Notes under the pieces: generated by a model
What the model was told of the DNA's origin: nothing
The model's input: the letters and a program-made list of their open reading frames with translations, nothing else
The model's database searches: none
Program-made: the position numbers and the translations under genes
Shown: piece by piece, positions 11,760 to 27,119 of the stretch
How the letters are laid out: every line of letters begins with the position of its first letter
How positions within the stretch are numbered: position 1 is the stretch's first letter
NCBI RefSeq assembly: GCF_006345805.1
Contig: NC_042999.1
Coordinates: forward strand, 48,112,001 to 48,176,000
Source of the DNA: Octopus sinensis
Taxonomy: Eukaryota
DNA: 64,000 nt
Direction: 5' to 3'

Positions 11760-13721
11760 CACATGCATACACACATACTTACATACAAGCATACATACAC
11801 ACACACACTTATGTATATTATAAACAATAAAGTGTTTCAAACTCACGTAAGAACGAGCATGAGATTGAGGCAGTCGAAACATTTACGAATCGATGCAATT
11901 CATCATGATGTCGAAATGTGTGGAGCTTCGGTTATCACTGAATTACAGACTTCACATGGAGAAAAGTTATATGAATAATTGGAAATTTTCCTTTGTTGCA
12001 AAAAAATATTTATAAAAATGTACGTTCATCTCTGTCATAGCAACATTTGCTCTTTGAAAATGTTCACATATTATAAACTTTATTGATTATGGCATATTGC
12101 ATTTATCATCCTGAGGGCGGAGAATGCAAAATATAACACATGGAAAAAATATATGGAAATTTGCGCTCCTCTAGAAAGTGTATTTATCTGCGTAAATAAT
12201 AATAATGCAGTATACTGAAAGAATATTATTGCATAATTGTTAAGAAAACAGCTAATGTCTTTAAGCGATTGAAAATCTCAATCTCTCTTTGCTAAACACT
12301 CATTACACAACTACGTACATACACGTAAATACACATGCAACACATAAGCACACGTGCATACACATATGCATGATGCATGTATGTTTGACTGCATATATAA
12401 GGATATATGTATTATAAAGATATATATAAATATATATGAATCACTTAATCGCTTTCTCCGACAATCTGTTTTCTTCTATACATAGAAATACACATGCATT
12501 CGTGTATAACTATGAGTGTGTATGTGTGTATGCGTGTGTGTGTGTGTGTGTGTGTGTTTGTTTATTTTCCAGTTTCTGTAAGTATGCATGAAATGAGAGG
12601 AGAAACAGAGTCAAATATGTTGTTTTTCTTTATAATTCAAGTATCATCAACGGTGATTGAGGAAATAAATTTAACGGAATGTAACTTAACTCATGGATTG
12701 CAAACAAATCCGAAAGAGAAAGAACAAAATCAAACAAATTCGGGTGATAATTATATACATAAAATATTGCGTCTTATAGTATGAGGTTTCTACTTCTAAA
12801 ACATGTTACAAGATACACAAACGATAAACCTGCTAAGCCTGAAATTATTATTTGAAACACAAATGTTAACCAGTTTGTATGTAATCAGGACAAAATGCAC
12901 GAGCACTGAAATCTAATTCTCATTTTGGGCATTTCAGAGCTCATAATTATGTGGGGAATGACTAACACTGAGGGTGTCAGCAAATGTAGACTTATCAACA
13001 TTAAAGTACTATGAAGTATATATTTCTTTCTGTCTGTCTCTGTCATTGTTTGTCTATCTGTCTCTCTCTATATATTTATATAGTGAGAGAGTGTGTGTGA
13101 GACAGACTGTCAGAACTCACAAGCATTTAGACACACACACACAAACACACACATACACACTCAAACACACAAACACACTCTCTACTTTTATGGTGCGCTA
13201 AAGAACTAATTGACGCAAATAGCTTGTTTTGTTTTTTAAATTGGGTTATGCTATCCTGCATTAGATGCGAACTCTGATTCAAGTGAGTAGGAGTAAAAAT
13301 CGAGGCATTATGACTTACGTATTATTAATACTCGTATACTCACATACACATACACACACACTTACTATCATATACACAGTCGCACGTACTTCCAAACACA
13401 CACGGAAACACAAGCACATTCACAGAAAAATGTTTGTGAGTGTCTGTGGGGGAGGGGCGAATATCTGTATGAATATCTGTATAAATTCAGAATATCATCA
13501 GATGTATTTATTTTCAGCTCCATTCGAAAAATTACAATAAAGTTTACAGCAGTACAATGGTTAATTCATCAGTCCGTCGGACGAAATGCAGTTCTATATG
13601 TTTTTACGACGCTTTTGGATTTCCTGTCACCCAATACTTATTATTTGCCTATTATTTGTCTTCTAACAATTTTCAAGTCATCTGCCTGCGTCAGGCAGAT
13701 TTGATATTTGCTACTGTTTCT

Positions 13722-13916
13722 AAGGAGGCGAGAACCTTTAATAAAACGCTTAGCGGCATTTCGCCTTTTCTCACGCTCTTAAGTTTAAATTCCACTAAGA
13801 TAGGCTTTGTCTTTCCTCCATTTGGAGGGAACAAAATTAATACCAGTTTAAGTACTGGTGGCGATGTAATCGACTTACACCCTCAAGTATTCTGACCATG
13901 ACAAAAATTCGAAACC
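13722..13916 (+). mobile_element. Old SINE, family B
   Basis: Diverged match to 50871-51094 (AAATTCC...TACCAG...CGATGTAATCGACT...GAAACC). Confidence 0.6.
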
Positions 13917-13952
13917 AATATTTAGTGGGTTTTTCTATTTAATAAAGAGGAT

Positions 13953-14131
13953 AGGGAGTGGCTGTTTGGTAAGTAGATTGCTTACCAACCACATGGTTCC
14001 GGGTTCAGTCTCACTGCGTGTCACCTTGGGCAAGTATATTCTACTATAGCCTCGGGCCGACCAAAACCTTGTGAGCGGATTTGGTAGACGGAAACTCAAA
14101 GAAGCACGTCGTATATATGTATATATATATA

Positions 14132-14163
<32 letters not shown>

Positions 14164-14413
14164 TTCTATATATATATATATATGTATGTATGTGTGTGTA
14201 TGTATATATATGTGTGTCTGTGTGTGTGTGTATGTTTATGTATCTGTGTTTGTCCCCCAAACATCACTTGACAACCGATGCTGGTGTGTTTAAGTCCCCG
14301 TAATCTAGCGGTTCGGCACAAGAGACGGATAGAATAAATACTATGCTTACACAGAATAATTCCTGTATGGTGCTCCTGTATGGCCGCAGTCAAATGACTG
14401 AAACAATTACAAG
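13953..14413 (+). mobile_element. tRNA-derived SINE, family A
   Basis: Co-linear with 10020-10415 and 47201-47615. Confidence 0.85.
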
Positions 14414-16011
14414 AAGCGGTTGATATGCATCTGCCAAATTGACCTATTGATTTTTCTTTTATGATTTGATTCAAATCTCGATTTATTTCGCGTTCTTTTT
14501 ATTCTCGATAAAGTAATTACCCTATGTTTACTAGTTTTAATCAAATAAACTATTTCTGATATCGTGAACAAGTACCTATATTAGAAACTATTTTGTATGA
14601 AAAGCAAGCAAGCGTTTTAAATCAACGTGCAAGTAAAATATCGACACTAATTTCTCCGTATGGATTTCTTCCTCGGGAATTTCTCCGAAGTCACTGAAAT
14701 ATATTTTTTTCTCAACACCATACATATAAACGCTAGAGATGTATTACAATGCGCAGTTATATAGAAACATAAATCAATTCTTCCGGATATCATAATGGAC
14801 ATTAAAGAATTATACAGTTTCATTAGACAGAATTTCAGTAAAACTTCTACAAAACAATTACCTTGAAATATTTAAGAGAGGCAATATAATGACAGGAAAA
14901 TGCAATTATATAAATATTTATGAATGACTGAATCAATTTATTGCCTTGGCTGTGTTAGGTCAAATATAATATGATATTTTCAACAGTCTGGTGAGGGCAT
15001 TTTAAGCGACGTTTATTTTTTATTCTATTGTCCATTGTACTTTATACCTTGTCACTTTTCATTGCATCTCCATTTCTACATATAATGTACAAAAGTCCAA
15101 GCCTCTACATCAAAAAAATAAACCGAATTTTTATAGACATCGATCCTGCAACCTTTATAAACTGCATACATGTATTATAATTTGGGGATCCCTTTTATAT
15201 TTGCATAAGTCTATACTTCAGTAAAACATTCCTGTATGTACAATTTGAATTCCTGTGTTCGGCAGAGTTTACTTTCCAGGAAGGAATCACAGTTTGAATC
15301 AGTTTGTCAAGTTCTGTCTTTAGCATGAGTGACAAGTAAGAATTACCTAACAAGTAGGAGACAAATATGAATGCCAAGAAGGTCTATAGTGAATTTTAAA
15401 ATAGAGGAGATAACGTAAAAACAGAATCGGTTATAATTTAGACATAAGGCAACGAAGATAGCAACACATATACAAGTCATAGACACTGCTTTTCTCAGAC
15501 CACACTGGCTACAGCACTGGAAAAATTGGAAACTATCACCTTGTATTCAGTTATAAATGACGACGAACATCCTCACCTTTAACCAGCAGAATCAGCCCGA
15601 GATATTGAGAAAATAGAGAGGAGAAGCATGCAGAATATAGAATGAAAGCCGTTTGTGACAATGTAACTGAAAAACAAATTGCAAAAACCGGAGAGAAACA
15701 AACACGCGCAGAACAAATAGAGGGAGCATCAAGCTTCAGAAACAAATTGAATGAAATCATCAAAAACGAGTCCTTGCTATCAGGAAACTGTGATGACAAT
15801 ATGCAATATATATTTGAATGATTGTTTCAAAGACCTACAGGTGGGAAATTGTGGGTGGTATACTGGATGTATTCTAAACGATATTATATGAATAGTCTCG
15901 TGGTAAAAACTACGATATATATATAAAAACGCTTTAATGAGGATGTAGTTATTCCTAAGAATTCTAACCCTCCAAAAAGCAGAGGGGATTAATCGAGACA
16001 AGCAATAGGTA

Positions 16012-16186
16012 AAAATGCCGAGCCGCATCTCGTCCGTCTTTATGTTCAGAGTTCAAATTCCGCCGAAGTCGAATTTGCCTTCATCCATCGGGGTCGATTA
16101 AATGAGTACCAGTGCAGCATTAGTGTCGATATAATCGATTTACCTCCTTCGCCAACATGTGCTGGCCTTGTGCCAATACTTGAAAC
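16012..16186 (+). mobile_element. SINE family B, partial
   Basis: GAGTTCAAATTCCGCCGAAGTCGA...GGGGTCGAT...TACCAG motif series. Confidence 0.7.
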
Positions 16187-17160
16187 TTATAATTTCCATT
16201 TGTTTTAATGCCCTCACTTTTAAATAATACTTTGTTAATACTGTATAAAAATTAAACTTGTATGTTTCCAAATATGACTGCATATCAATTTTGATTTTGA
16301 TTTCATTTGTTACCACCATTAATTTTTGTGCCACAAGTTGATGTAAAGGTTTTGTTCAGATTCTGATTTTAACCATTAGTATTTTATTATTTTTTTCATT
16401 ATTCTGATAATATTATTGTTACTTTAATTATCTTAATTTATTTTTCGAGAACCAATGCAGTTTCTGATCACTTAAAAGGTTACTTGTAAATGAGCTGAAG
16501 ATAATCCTTCTCCCTTTTTTCAAATTGCATTCGTAAAGTAACTTCTATACTGCTGAAATGTTTTCGTAATTATTGCACAGTTATCCTACATTGAAAAAAA
16601 ACATACCAATGCTCCTATATATTTTCATTAGCATATGTCTCATACTACCTATGTATGATTTCGACAATCTCCAGAGAAACAAGCAGCGAAACCGTTTATA
16701 TGCTGAACAACGGGGATATTACTCAACACAGTATATTTAGCATTTCATATATTTAACACTTGGTATAATTATAAACAGGGCAAATTTTAGCCATTTCTCT
16801 TCAGACTGAAAAATTCATGAACAACGGTTTTCGAATTTCGAACAGAGGCGTCTAAATCCTTTTCACAATCTCTAGAGGAACAAGCAGCCAAACCGTTTAT
16901 ATACTGAACAAATGCAACAGTTACTCTATGATGTATGTATGTGTGTATATTCATGCATTATGTACATATACATTTTTGGTCGCTTGTTATTTTGAAGGAC
17001 CACTCAAATATTTTATTTGACCATATAATTATTAATCTTTTCTAGAAAACGAATGTGAAGGTTTCAATATACAGTTGGTAAAGATTATTAAATACTAACG
17101 TGGAAGTCAATGTCAAACATTTATATAAATTCTAACATACACACACACACACACACACAT

Positions 17161-17204
<44 letters not shown>

Positions 17205-17842
17205 ATGCATAAAAACGTATACATAAGCGTATATATATATGTATATGCATGCTGGTGCAATCATAAATGTCAACTTGCTAGTATAGTTGCAAATGTAAAG
17301 CCATTTTAAAAACATTCAAAATTAAAAATTTTAAATCGTAATGACTTTAATTTGTATATTATATTTGATAAAATACATTCAATAATGTGATGCTGCCCGT
17401 TTTTCAGCGTGAATAAAATCCGTTACTTTAGTAATAAGAAATAAATAATGATATATGGATACATGCACACACATACGCAAACATCTACATACACCCCACC
17501 CAACCCCAAATGTCACACGTTCACACACACATGCATATCATTTTATATGCACAAGTAATGACTGCAGTTTATTCAAAAAGTGCTTTACGGACAAGAGGCG
17601 GAACAAGGTAAGTAATGTGATTGTCGATCAGAATCGAATCACGGCTCGTATGTATGATAACAGTAGACATACTGGAAATATATAATCTCATAATCGATTC
17701 CCCCAATATACTTGTAAACATGATAATTATATCATGCACGAGTCTAACGATATGCAAATTAAAATTCACCGTGACTTTCTCTATTTTTTTGTATATGTAA
17801 TTGTTGTTATCAACAATGATTTTTTTTTCAAAATTTCACTAG

Positions 17843-17938
17843 GACTGAATCCTGCTTTATCTGTGTACATTTCTTCGAGCTTTGCACATGATCTTCACTG
17901 GCATTTGTATAAAGCATTTGTTAGTCTTCAGTTAATAT
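17843..17938 (+). CDS. Candidate internal exon of an unidentified gene
   Basis: Acceptor TTTTTTTTCAAAATTTCACTAG, donor AT/GTGAGC, 96 nt, phase 1-1, only one open frame: LNPALSVYISSSFAHDLHWHLYKAFVSLQLI. No protein recognised. Confidence 0.25.
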
Positions 17939-18214
17939 GTGAGCTTTAGAAACACATTCTTTTACGATCATATTTACAGGTGATCACTCTGATAGACTAT
18001 TTCTGTTTTACTTCAATAATAGAATACTGATAGGAAGATTTTATCTAACTTTTACGCAGTTCAGTATTGAGCTTGGCGTCTGAAAATATTCTATTATCAG
18101 TTATTTTTTGTTAATGTCCTATGTTCTAGCTGGAAAATTGTATCACTATATTTATATTAAGCATATGGCTGTACACAGAGTATAACATATGCGCTTGATA
18201 ATTTATTATGATTT

Positions 18215-18426
18215 AAGGTGATGAGCTAATAGAATTGTTAGCACACAGGTAAAAGATGCTTTGCTGCATTACATCCGTCTATATGTGCTGAGTTGAAATT
18301 CAACCGAAGGCAACTTTGCCTTTATCTTTTGGGGGTAAAAAAAATGCATGAGTTGGGAAATGGAATCGATGTAATAAAATCACCACCTACCCCGAAATAG
18401 CTGGCTGTGTGCCAAAATTTGAAACC
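18215..18426 (+). mobile_element. SINE family B, old copy
   Basis: Diverged match to family B; a second partial copy follows at about 18468-18597. Confidence 0.65.
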
Positions 18427-20119
18427 ATTCGTTTAGGGTAACTCCGATATTTCGACTGCTTTTTTCACTTTCTGAGTTGAAATTCCCCGAGGTGGCCTTT
18501 TGCCTTTTATCTTTTCGAGATCGATAAAATAATTAACAACCGATCACTGGTTTCAATGTAATCGACTCACCCCAGCTTTGTGCCAAAATATGAGACCAAT
18601 ATTAAAGTATACTTTAAAAATGTCTTTGATCTCCGAAAGAAGCTACAACTTTGTAGTAAGATAAATTCATCGAGGAGATGTGTTATTAAATTTACTATTA
18701 CATACGTTCAAGTTACATTTAATACTCTCAAGTATTTTCCTGCTTGCCATTAGTATCGCTCTTTGATTTTGTAATGCTGACGAAGTAAGCACGTTTTGGA
18801 ATTTCCGCTAATATCTCAATAGTTCTAACTCTGTGTCTGGTGAGTTCATCCTTTCTTGGCCTAGAACGATAAATTCCAGAGATATTTTATATTATTATGC
18901 ATAAAGTTTGGTAACAATGAATTTAGAAAGCATCATTACTTCTAACAGGCCTATCTATTTCGTTTCTCTCTTTGTACCCTTGTCTTGTGTATTCGCCTGA
19001 CAGTTAGTGTAAAACTGCTCATTACTAGTTTAACGTCATCAATAAACCATGATCACGGAGTATACTAATAACGCAGGCAGCGAAATTGTGACATCATTGC
19101 ATATACTACAGCACCAGAGAAAACTGGCTGAGGTTTAAAGCAATTCCAGCTACGACTGCACCGAATAATATATGTTTCCGAAATTGTTTGGGTTGCTATT
19201 TTTCAATGCTATTCTATGACTGCGACCACAAATATTTCCACTTATAGGTATGACGCTGTATGAATTCTCTCGGAATTATTGAGCCCAGCCAACTGGACAT
19301 TCACTTTCTAACACCTGGGTTGAAACTAGAGTAATGTTGTTGTCAGTTAGTTAATGCCTTGCTAAATATTCTTTACAACATGTTTTAGTAAACATCCAGT
19401 TCAACAATATCGAGATTATGGAATGTCTTTCTAATGTCAAATAGTCCTACTATAGCTATAACTTCATTTCCCCCTTAATGTAGTGCTAACGATCGTATTT
19501 ACATTTAAACTCACCAATACTATTAACGATGTAGCCGGAAAATTTTCTGTCACTTGGTTAAGAATTGGAGAATTCGATAATCAGTTTTTGTTTCCAAAAT
19601 TGTAAATTCCGTTGCGCTGTGGAAGATGTTTTTTTTTTCTGTTTTCAGCATTAAAGGCACAGGAAAAAGACTATGTGAAAGTAAATACGTGAAACTTTTG
19701 GAATCTCGCGATTAGCAAATTTCTAAAGACTTGTATTAGAATTGCATCGGCGTGGAGGTCACCGAATGGCAAGGAACAGGAAATATGGTACTTCCACATC
19801 TCCTTGAATAATTAACACGATGGCCGACGTTTGAAATTTTCCAGTTTCAGCACTTGATTTTGGATCAAATCATTTGGGACACTATAGAAAATTACATACG
19901 TACGGGTGTGCTTATAAATTCCTGTTGAAAATCCGTGATTATCCGTAAAGGGCAACTCATTCATTCTTAACATACATGTAAATAAAATAAGATACAAACC
20001 GAAGTGGTTACCGGCTGATGTCCTCGTTTAAAAAAACTTTGAAGGTAACGCAACAGGACTGCTGTAGTCCATTGATTTCAACCAATAAACGCGCGCGCGC
20101 GCACATACTGTATATATAC

Positions 20120-20181
<62 letters not shown>

Positions 20182-20182
<1 letters not shown>

Positions 20183-20400
20183 GTCAGACGAGAAATGCAA
20201 TATCAGAACGCTCACGCGTACAACGACATCAGATTAGAGAATCAGAGGTCCGTCAGATACCTTTGAGTAACCACCTAGCAACATGTGGTCGGAAAATATA
20301 TATAATATTTCCATTCTACAAATTACACAGCTCAAGTGAAATCGAGAGGAAATCAGAGAAGGGAATTTTATTGCAACGGGAAACTCAGAGTAACAGGTTT
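20182..20400 (+). pseudogene. PLE GIY-YIG fragment (related, distinct family)
   Basis: GQTRNAISERSRVQRHQIRESEVRQIPLSNHLATC...IFPFYK aligns to GSTGLSLRRRCTLHRQQI...MIPFSEHIEKC...IFPFYQ of the main PLE; flanked by (GT)n and (TA)n. Confidence 0.8.
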
Positions 20401-20409
20401 TGTTGAATT

Positions 20410-20454
20410 TTATGCTGCTTTGTATAAAGTATATATATTTATATATATATATAA

Positions 20455-20549
<95 letters not shown>

Positions 20550-20558
20550 TATATATAT

Positions 20559-20632
<74 letters not shown>
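20410..20632. repeat. (TA)n microsatellite
   Basis: Direct reading. Confidence 0.95.
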
Positions 20633-20649
<17 letters not shown>

Positions 20650-20990
20650 ATGCATGTATGTATAGAGAGATATATCGGAAGTTAGATAGATATACCTACA
20701 TATTTTTACATCGATATATAAATATATAGTTACACGCACAAGGACACACACACACACACATATTCACTCACCTACACTCACATACGCATATATACATATG
20801 TATTTATTTAGGGAGGAAGAGGAAGAGGGGTAGGGATATCGGTCAACTACCTATTAAATGCAGACAGATATAACAGGACATTAAAATATAATACATGCAC
20901 CGGTTTGGAAGATAAAAATCTCTAAGAGTAATTTCATGGTTAAGGTTATTATAAAATAACATGAAAAACAATCATGATAGTGTTGATCAT

Positions 20991-21038
20991 ACTACTACTA
21001 CTACTACTACTACTACTAACTACTACTACTACTACTAC

Positions 21039-21077
<39 letters not shown>

Positions 21078-21103
21078 TAATAATAATAATAATACTTCTA
21101 CTT

Positions 21104-21140
<37 letters not shown>
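20991..21140. repeat. (ACT)n/(AAT)n compound microsatellite
   Basis: Direct reading. Confidence 0.95.
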
Positions 21141-21141
<1 letters not shown>

Positions 21142-22188
21142 GCTATCGCTATCGTCAGAGTGACGACCACCACCACACCAACATCGAGAGCAGTACTACT
21201 ACTAATGCTGCTAATATACGGGTGGTAGTATTAATAATACTGATAAAAGATGAAGAAGATAATAAAAGATAGCAATGGTGGTAATGATGCTAATAATATT
21301 GTTGAAAATAATGATTATAACAGAGATAACAATAATAATACTAATAACAATAATAACCTCAGACGCTAATCGATCAAAGCAAAACTCATCGGATAATCAA
21401 TAAATTTCTGTATGGCGTTTTTATTGCATTAGAATTTTAACCTGGTGCCAAAGTTTGATGCCATCAATCGATAAACCAAAGTGGAATCCTCATGGATAAT
21501 TACGAAGCGTCACAATCAGATACAAATTCCAATACTTCTACCGCAATTGCTGTCATGGTACCGGCGGCAGGGAGAGCTATCATAATTAATATTACAATTA
21601 ATATTACTGTTGTGGTGACACCTTGAAGTCCGCCAGATTCTCGCATTCGTAAATAGGGTTCATTCTCTCTAGTATGGCTACCGAACTGATACAAATCAAA
21701 AACACATTTAAGGGCTCTTTTGAATCTACCTATATATGTATATATGCATGCGTTTGTAAAAATATGCGTGAGTGTGTGTGTGTGTGTGCGTGTGTGTGTG
21801 TGTGTTTGTGTGTTGTGGTTATGTTCCTCATTCATTCGAAAACCTCGTTGCCGATTTTGACGTATTAGGTATCAAAAATTCAGTAATTTTTCGTCTACCA
21901 AATAAACTTTCTTTTCATTTACATATTTGCATTCAAAAAATTAACATTCTACTCTTTATGTAAGTCAACATGATTTTGTACCACGACGACAATGATGGCA
22001 TCACATTTTCAATATGAATATGTATGTGTCTTTGATGTGTGTGTGCGCGTTTATTAAGTACGTTATGCCGATGACTGCGAAGTATATGTGATTCAGTGTA
22101 AGTGAGGCTGTATGTCTGTGTGAGTATTCCTATCTTTATGTGATGGCTGACACACACACACACACACATACACATCTACACACACACG

Positions 22189-22227
<39 letters not shown>

Positions 22228-22237
22228 ACACAGACAA

Positions 22238-22326
<89 letters not shown>

Positions 22327-23119
22327 CGAGACAAAACCACTATTTTAAAACCAAACAAGGAAAGACTTAATCAATACTGGATTTAACCCTAAATCTGATT
22401 TTTCCCTGTAATTTTGGATTCATTCCCTAATATTTATTATTATATATATATATATATGGGTAGTAGTGTGCTCCTTACACATTCGAAAACGTAGTTGCCG
22501 ATCTTGAAGTATGAGGTATCCAAAGATTCAGTAATCTTTCGGCTACTAATTAAACTTTATTCATATTCATTTATTTGCATTGAAAAAATTTAACATTGTA
22601 ATGTTTCTATAAGTGAACTATCGTGAGCGACATATTATACTACCAGTACAACGAGAAAGACGTCACATTTTCCCTATGAGTGTGCAAATGTCTGTAAGAG
22701 TGTGTGTTTGCACGTTCGTTTCGTACATTAGGTCAATTAGTGAGAATTGTATGAATGTAAGTATATGTGAGAGCTTATGCGTTTGTGGGTATACATACAT
22801 TTTTGTCACGGGTGTTACATACACACATACACACAACTAAAGACAGAGAGAGAGAAGCACGCACATAGTGGGACAGATATAGGCATGAGTTGTGCGTGAA
22901 TGTATATATGTGTGTATATGTGTGTGTGTATGTCAGAGTATATGTTTTTGCGAGTGTATATGTTATAATCTTCATACGTTAGGCCTCATACAATAAAACA
23001 CACACAGACATCTACACATACATATACATATGTGTATGAGTGTGTATATCTTGGTGAATGTGTGTTTCTATGTTCGTTACGTGTTTAGTGAATTATACTA
23101 AAGGACATTTTACGCCGTT

Positions 23120-24545
23120 TTACTGAGCCCAAATCTATTGAAGTAGCAATCGTTATGGTAATTGATTTCCATGAAAATTGTGATACTCTCATTCGTGCTC
23201 GAGATAACAACCTTCAACGTGTTTCAGAGACTCATCCCTCTTAGGATGCACTCGAGTATCCTCTCACATATTCTACCTGCAAAAGGAGTGTCAATTACCA
23301 ACTAAAAAATGTCGCCAAATGACTTCTATTCATGTCAAGTGTTGTTACGACGAGAACAATCAAATCAACTGCAGGATGTATTTCAGCAATACTAGGTTGA
23401 TATGTATGCTAAAGTTGAGAGTCAGTGTCCCCTCTACAATAAAAAAGTTCAGGACTAAAAATTAAGTTCATCTCCAATATGTTTATCTCGAAGATGCTCT
23501 GAGGACAGATGGTGAAATTCAAAACTTGGGACATCTTATAATCCTCACAACATCATTGAAGGTGGGTTTCGATATATGCCAGAACGAACACAATATACTA
23601 TGACATATATCAGGATATGGAAAACCTGATCGTTTTGTCACTTTCACCTGCAATCCTAAATGGGAGGAAATAAATCTAGCCTTCTTCCAATATTGTATCT
23701 TCTGGTTCTGCAGCTACCCACTTAGATGGGAGAAGAACTGTTCATTCTATGTTCGTGCTCCCACTAAATCTTGCAATTAACGAATATATGTGCAACATTT
23801 CACAAAAGTCTGAAACGGCAACAGTTCTTCAACAAACTTGCAACTTTCGTTGGGATGGGTGCAGTATGTCACATCGTGGATTTCAGTTACGTGAAATTAC
23901 ATGCGGTCAAATGATACTTTCTCTTAGGGAACTTCTGGATAAAGTATTTCCTAATTTATCTGTCGATTACACTGGTGTAAACTGTTTATGGGAAGAGCTA
24001 TACTCTCTCCAACTAAAGAATTGGTTGATAAACTCAATTATGATGTTCTTCAAAATTTAACAGCTATATCAGAAATGACGTTTTGATCAATGGATAACAG
24101 TCGATCAAGATCAGGTTGTTCAATACCCTGTTGAATTTCTGAACAAATATAAACCCACTGGGCTGCCACCGCTAAGCTTGACACTAAAACTGGATACTCC
24201 CATTATGTTGCTTAGGAATCTTGACCTATGTAATTGAACTCGCTTAACTGTTACTTCCATGAAACCCCCTGTCCTACAGGCAACAATCACAATAGGTAAT
24301 CACAAATAAGAAACTATCTTTCTTCCAAAATTTTCTATCATACCTACAGTTGTTCAATTTTAATTTAAGAGGCTTCCGCTTCCAGTCAAACTATGTTTTG
24401 CTATTTCAATTAACAAATCTCGGGTGGGGGGGGGGTTAATCCCCTAAAGTACCTGGACTTCATCACTTTACTACATGCTTCTCTCACGGCCAATTCTATG
24501 TTGGTTGCTCACGAGTTGGAAGAAGTTACAATTTATTCATTTCGA
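23120..24545 (+). mobile_element. Helitron RepHel remnant (internally deleted)
   Basis: Decayed Rep motifs (LQRVSETHPS-DALEYPL, FQQY-VDMYAKVES, GKPD-FVTFTCNPKWEEI) and Pif1 helicase motifs (YPVEFLN-PTGLPP-LTLKLDTPIMLLRNLD, LPVKLCFAISINKS, CFSHGQFYVGCSRVG). Confidence 0.9.
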
Positions 24546-24562
24546 CATTTTCCTGAGTCCGT

Positions 24563-24748
24563 TTAGAGAGTGAACAGTCAGAATTGTTAGCACACTCTGC
24601 AAAATATTTATCGTCATTTTGTCCGTCTTTGCGTTTTGAGTTCAAAGTCTGTCGAGTTCGATTTTTGGGTTCATCCTTTCGGATGATCACTGTGATGGAT
24701 GGAATCGACTTATTACCTTCCCGAACTTGTTAGCCTTGAACCAAACTT
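24563..24748 (+). mobile_element. SINE family B, old copy
   Basis: GAATTGTTAGCAC...GAGTTCAAA...CATCCTTTCGG match to family B; lies at the end of the Helitron remnant. Confidence 0.6.
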
Positions 24749-26289
24749 TTAGGCCAATATTCCTATAGCTGTTTATTTTAATAGTTGTCGTTTATGTTGC
24801 TGCTCTTGTTTGTTGTCCGTCTCCTTTGTTGCATCACAGTCTTCTGTTATCCAACTGCCTAACACGGATCAATTGTAAGATTTGCTGCAATCAGCTCTTA
24901 GTCTTAACATAAAATTGAGAGTGCCAAATATATACTCCTGCATATTTGAAAGGTTTTTTTATCATTGATAATTTAAGAGCATGATTTCTGATTCCTCTAT
25001 GGATTCCTTCGTCTCTGATCGTCAGTTTTACCTTACATAATGTGTCTAATTATTCTGATTTCTACTCTCCTTCATATGTGTATTTAGTTTACGAAACATG
25101 TCAGCACCATGTCAACTGAAAACGGTACTGATCCCTACAAGTAATTGCACTTCCTGGATTAATTGAAAACGAAGAAGCAGAGCAATATATCAAATAGCAT
25201 ATCCTACAGAAACAGAGCTATATATAATCATACCCTATAGAAGTAGAGCTCTATTATAATCAAATTACATCGTTAAAGAATTCTTATGTATACTTCGAAC
25301 AATCAATATCTTGTTCATTACATTACGCCTTTTAATAAAGTAAGCAGTCAGGGAGTATGTGTACTTGTAAACAGTTATGGGGTATGTGTACTTGCGTATG
25401 TTCAAAAAGAAAATAGGCTAGTGCGCATATTTTTGTGCCATGTTAAAAGTAATATATTACAGAGGCGATATTGTTGAAAAGATAGATTGCTCCAAATGTG
25501 GTACCGCGTCACCCTTTCACAGAACGTCCCGGATGAATGAAATACGAACGTAATCTCGGCGTGATATAGAGTTAATATTTAATGATCCGAACCAAATAAC
25601 ACTAGCACAAACAATTTCATCTAACGATCTAAAGATTCTGCCGTTCAAACGCCCAATACATCGAGCGACATAAAATCTTAAACTCAAATTATTTGAAATT
25701 TTGTTTGAAATTAATTTAAGGTTAACGATTAAACGATACAAGTTGATGATGAATTTCCTTTGATCCAATGTTAAATTAAGTGTAAAAATCTCCTTTGGAA
25801 GTGAAAGAATAAAAAGAGTTGGAAATAAAAGTAAGCCTGATAACAGTTTTTCAGATGTGAAAGATCAGTTTAGGAAAATCAATGATACGTGCTCTGATGA
25901 TACACAAAATGCAAAACTGGACTAATACGAAACAAATGAAGTGAATTCGGCGCTAGAAACGAAATGTACCGCTGTCAAAAATCACCGAGGATAATCACGG
26001 ATGAATACAAGATATAGGACTTTCGAAAAAATATTTTTCACAAGATGATTAAAATATATTCTTGAGTTTTGAGACGCTTGCCAGAGTAGATGGGACTATG
26101 TTAGGAAGAATATGGATGTGACAGTGGAATAAAGAATGTAAAAGAAATGAAGTACGTAAATAAACGGACTGATTCGAATGGATTGATGTTTCTGAATCGG
26201 TTTTAAACTAGAGTGAGAAATAGGAGTAAACTCGGTATAACCACGACATCATTAGATATCGAGTTTGAGTGGTAGCAGCAACACCAGTA

Positions 26290-26358
<69 letters not shown>

Positions 26359-26362
26359 GCTG

Positions 26363-26402
<40 letters not shown>

Positions 26403-26415
26403 TACTACTACTACT
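26290..26415. repeat. (ACT)n microsatellite
   Basis: Direct reading. Confidence 0.95.
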
Positions 26416-27072
26416 TTCTTTACCATATGTTTTCTTCCTCCTGTTTCCGTTCTAGTATAATACAACACCATCATTTGTGCTATAATACAATAACATATTT
26501 TAAAGTACCAGTTAAAGTCGTAGATTCACCCATGATTATTGTCACCTCATCACTTGACAGATTCCTTATGCATAGTAGTTCTGCAACTCATTCACTGCAT
26601 TGTTCTGTATATGATGCTTCTAATCATTTATTAAAGTTCTTTGTCTCCTACGAAACCAGATCACATAAGTAGACTATAGTAAATTACGAATTAATGAACT
26701 GAACTCAGCTTACGATTTATAACTAAGTCAATAAATATAGATTCGTCAGTATTCATTTATAGAACAAATTAGCTATCTTTAATATTTGTTCAAACATGTG
26801 TATGCAATAACGATTTCTATGATATACGGCCTTATGAAAAATAATCTACATGTACTCCCAGTATTTTCTTGGTAACATTTACCGTCCCTTTAACTCACAC
26901 AGTCTTATGCTGTAACAAACAACAATCTTTCAAATTTTCTATTCTAATTCTTTACTACGTTCAATATGTTTTACAGATTCTAACAGTTTCTAAACATAAT
27001 TATAGACTAGGAAATCTTCCTTTTTGGTTCAACATAGAGACTGATTAACATGGAACCTGAATAAGACTGAGG

Positions 27073-27119
<47 letters not shown>

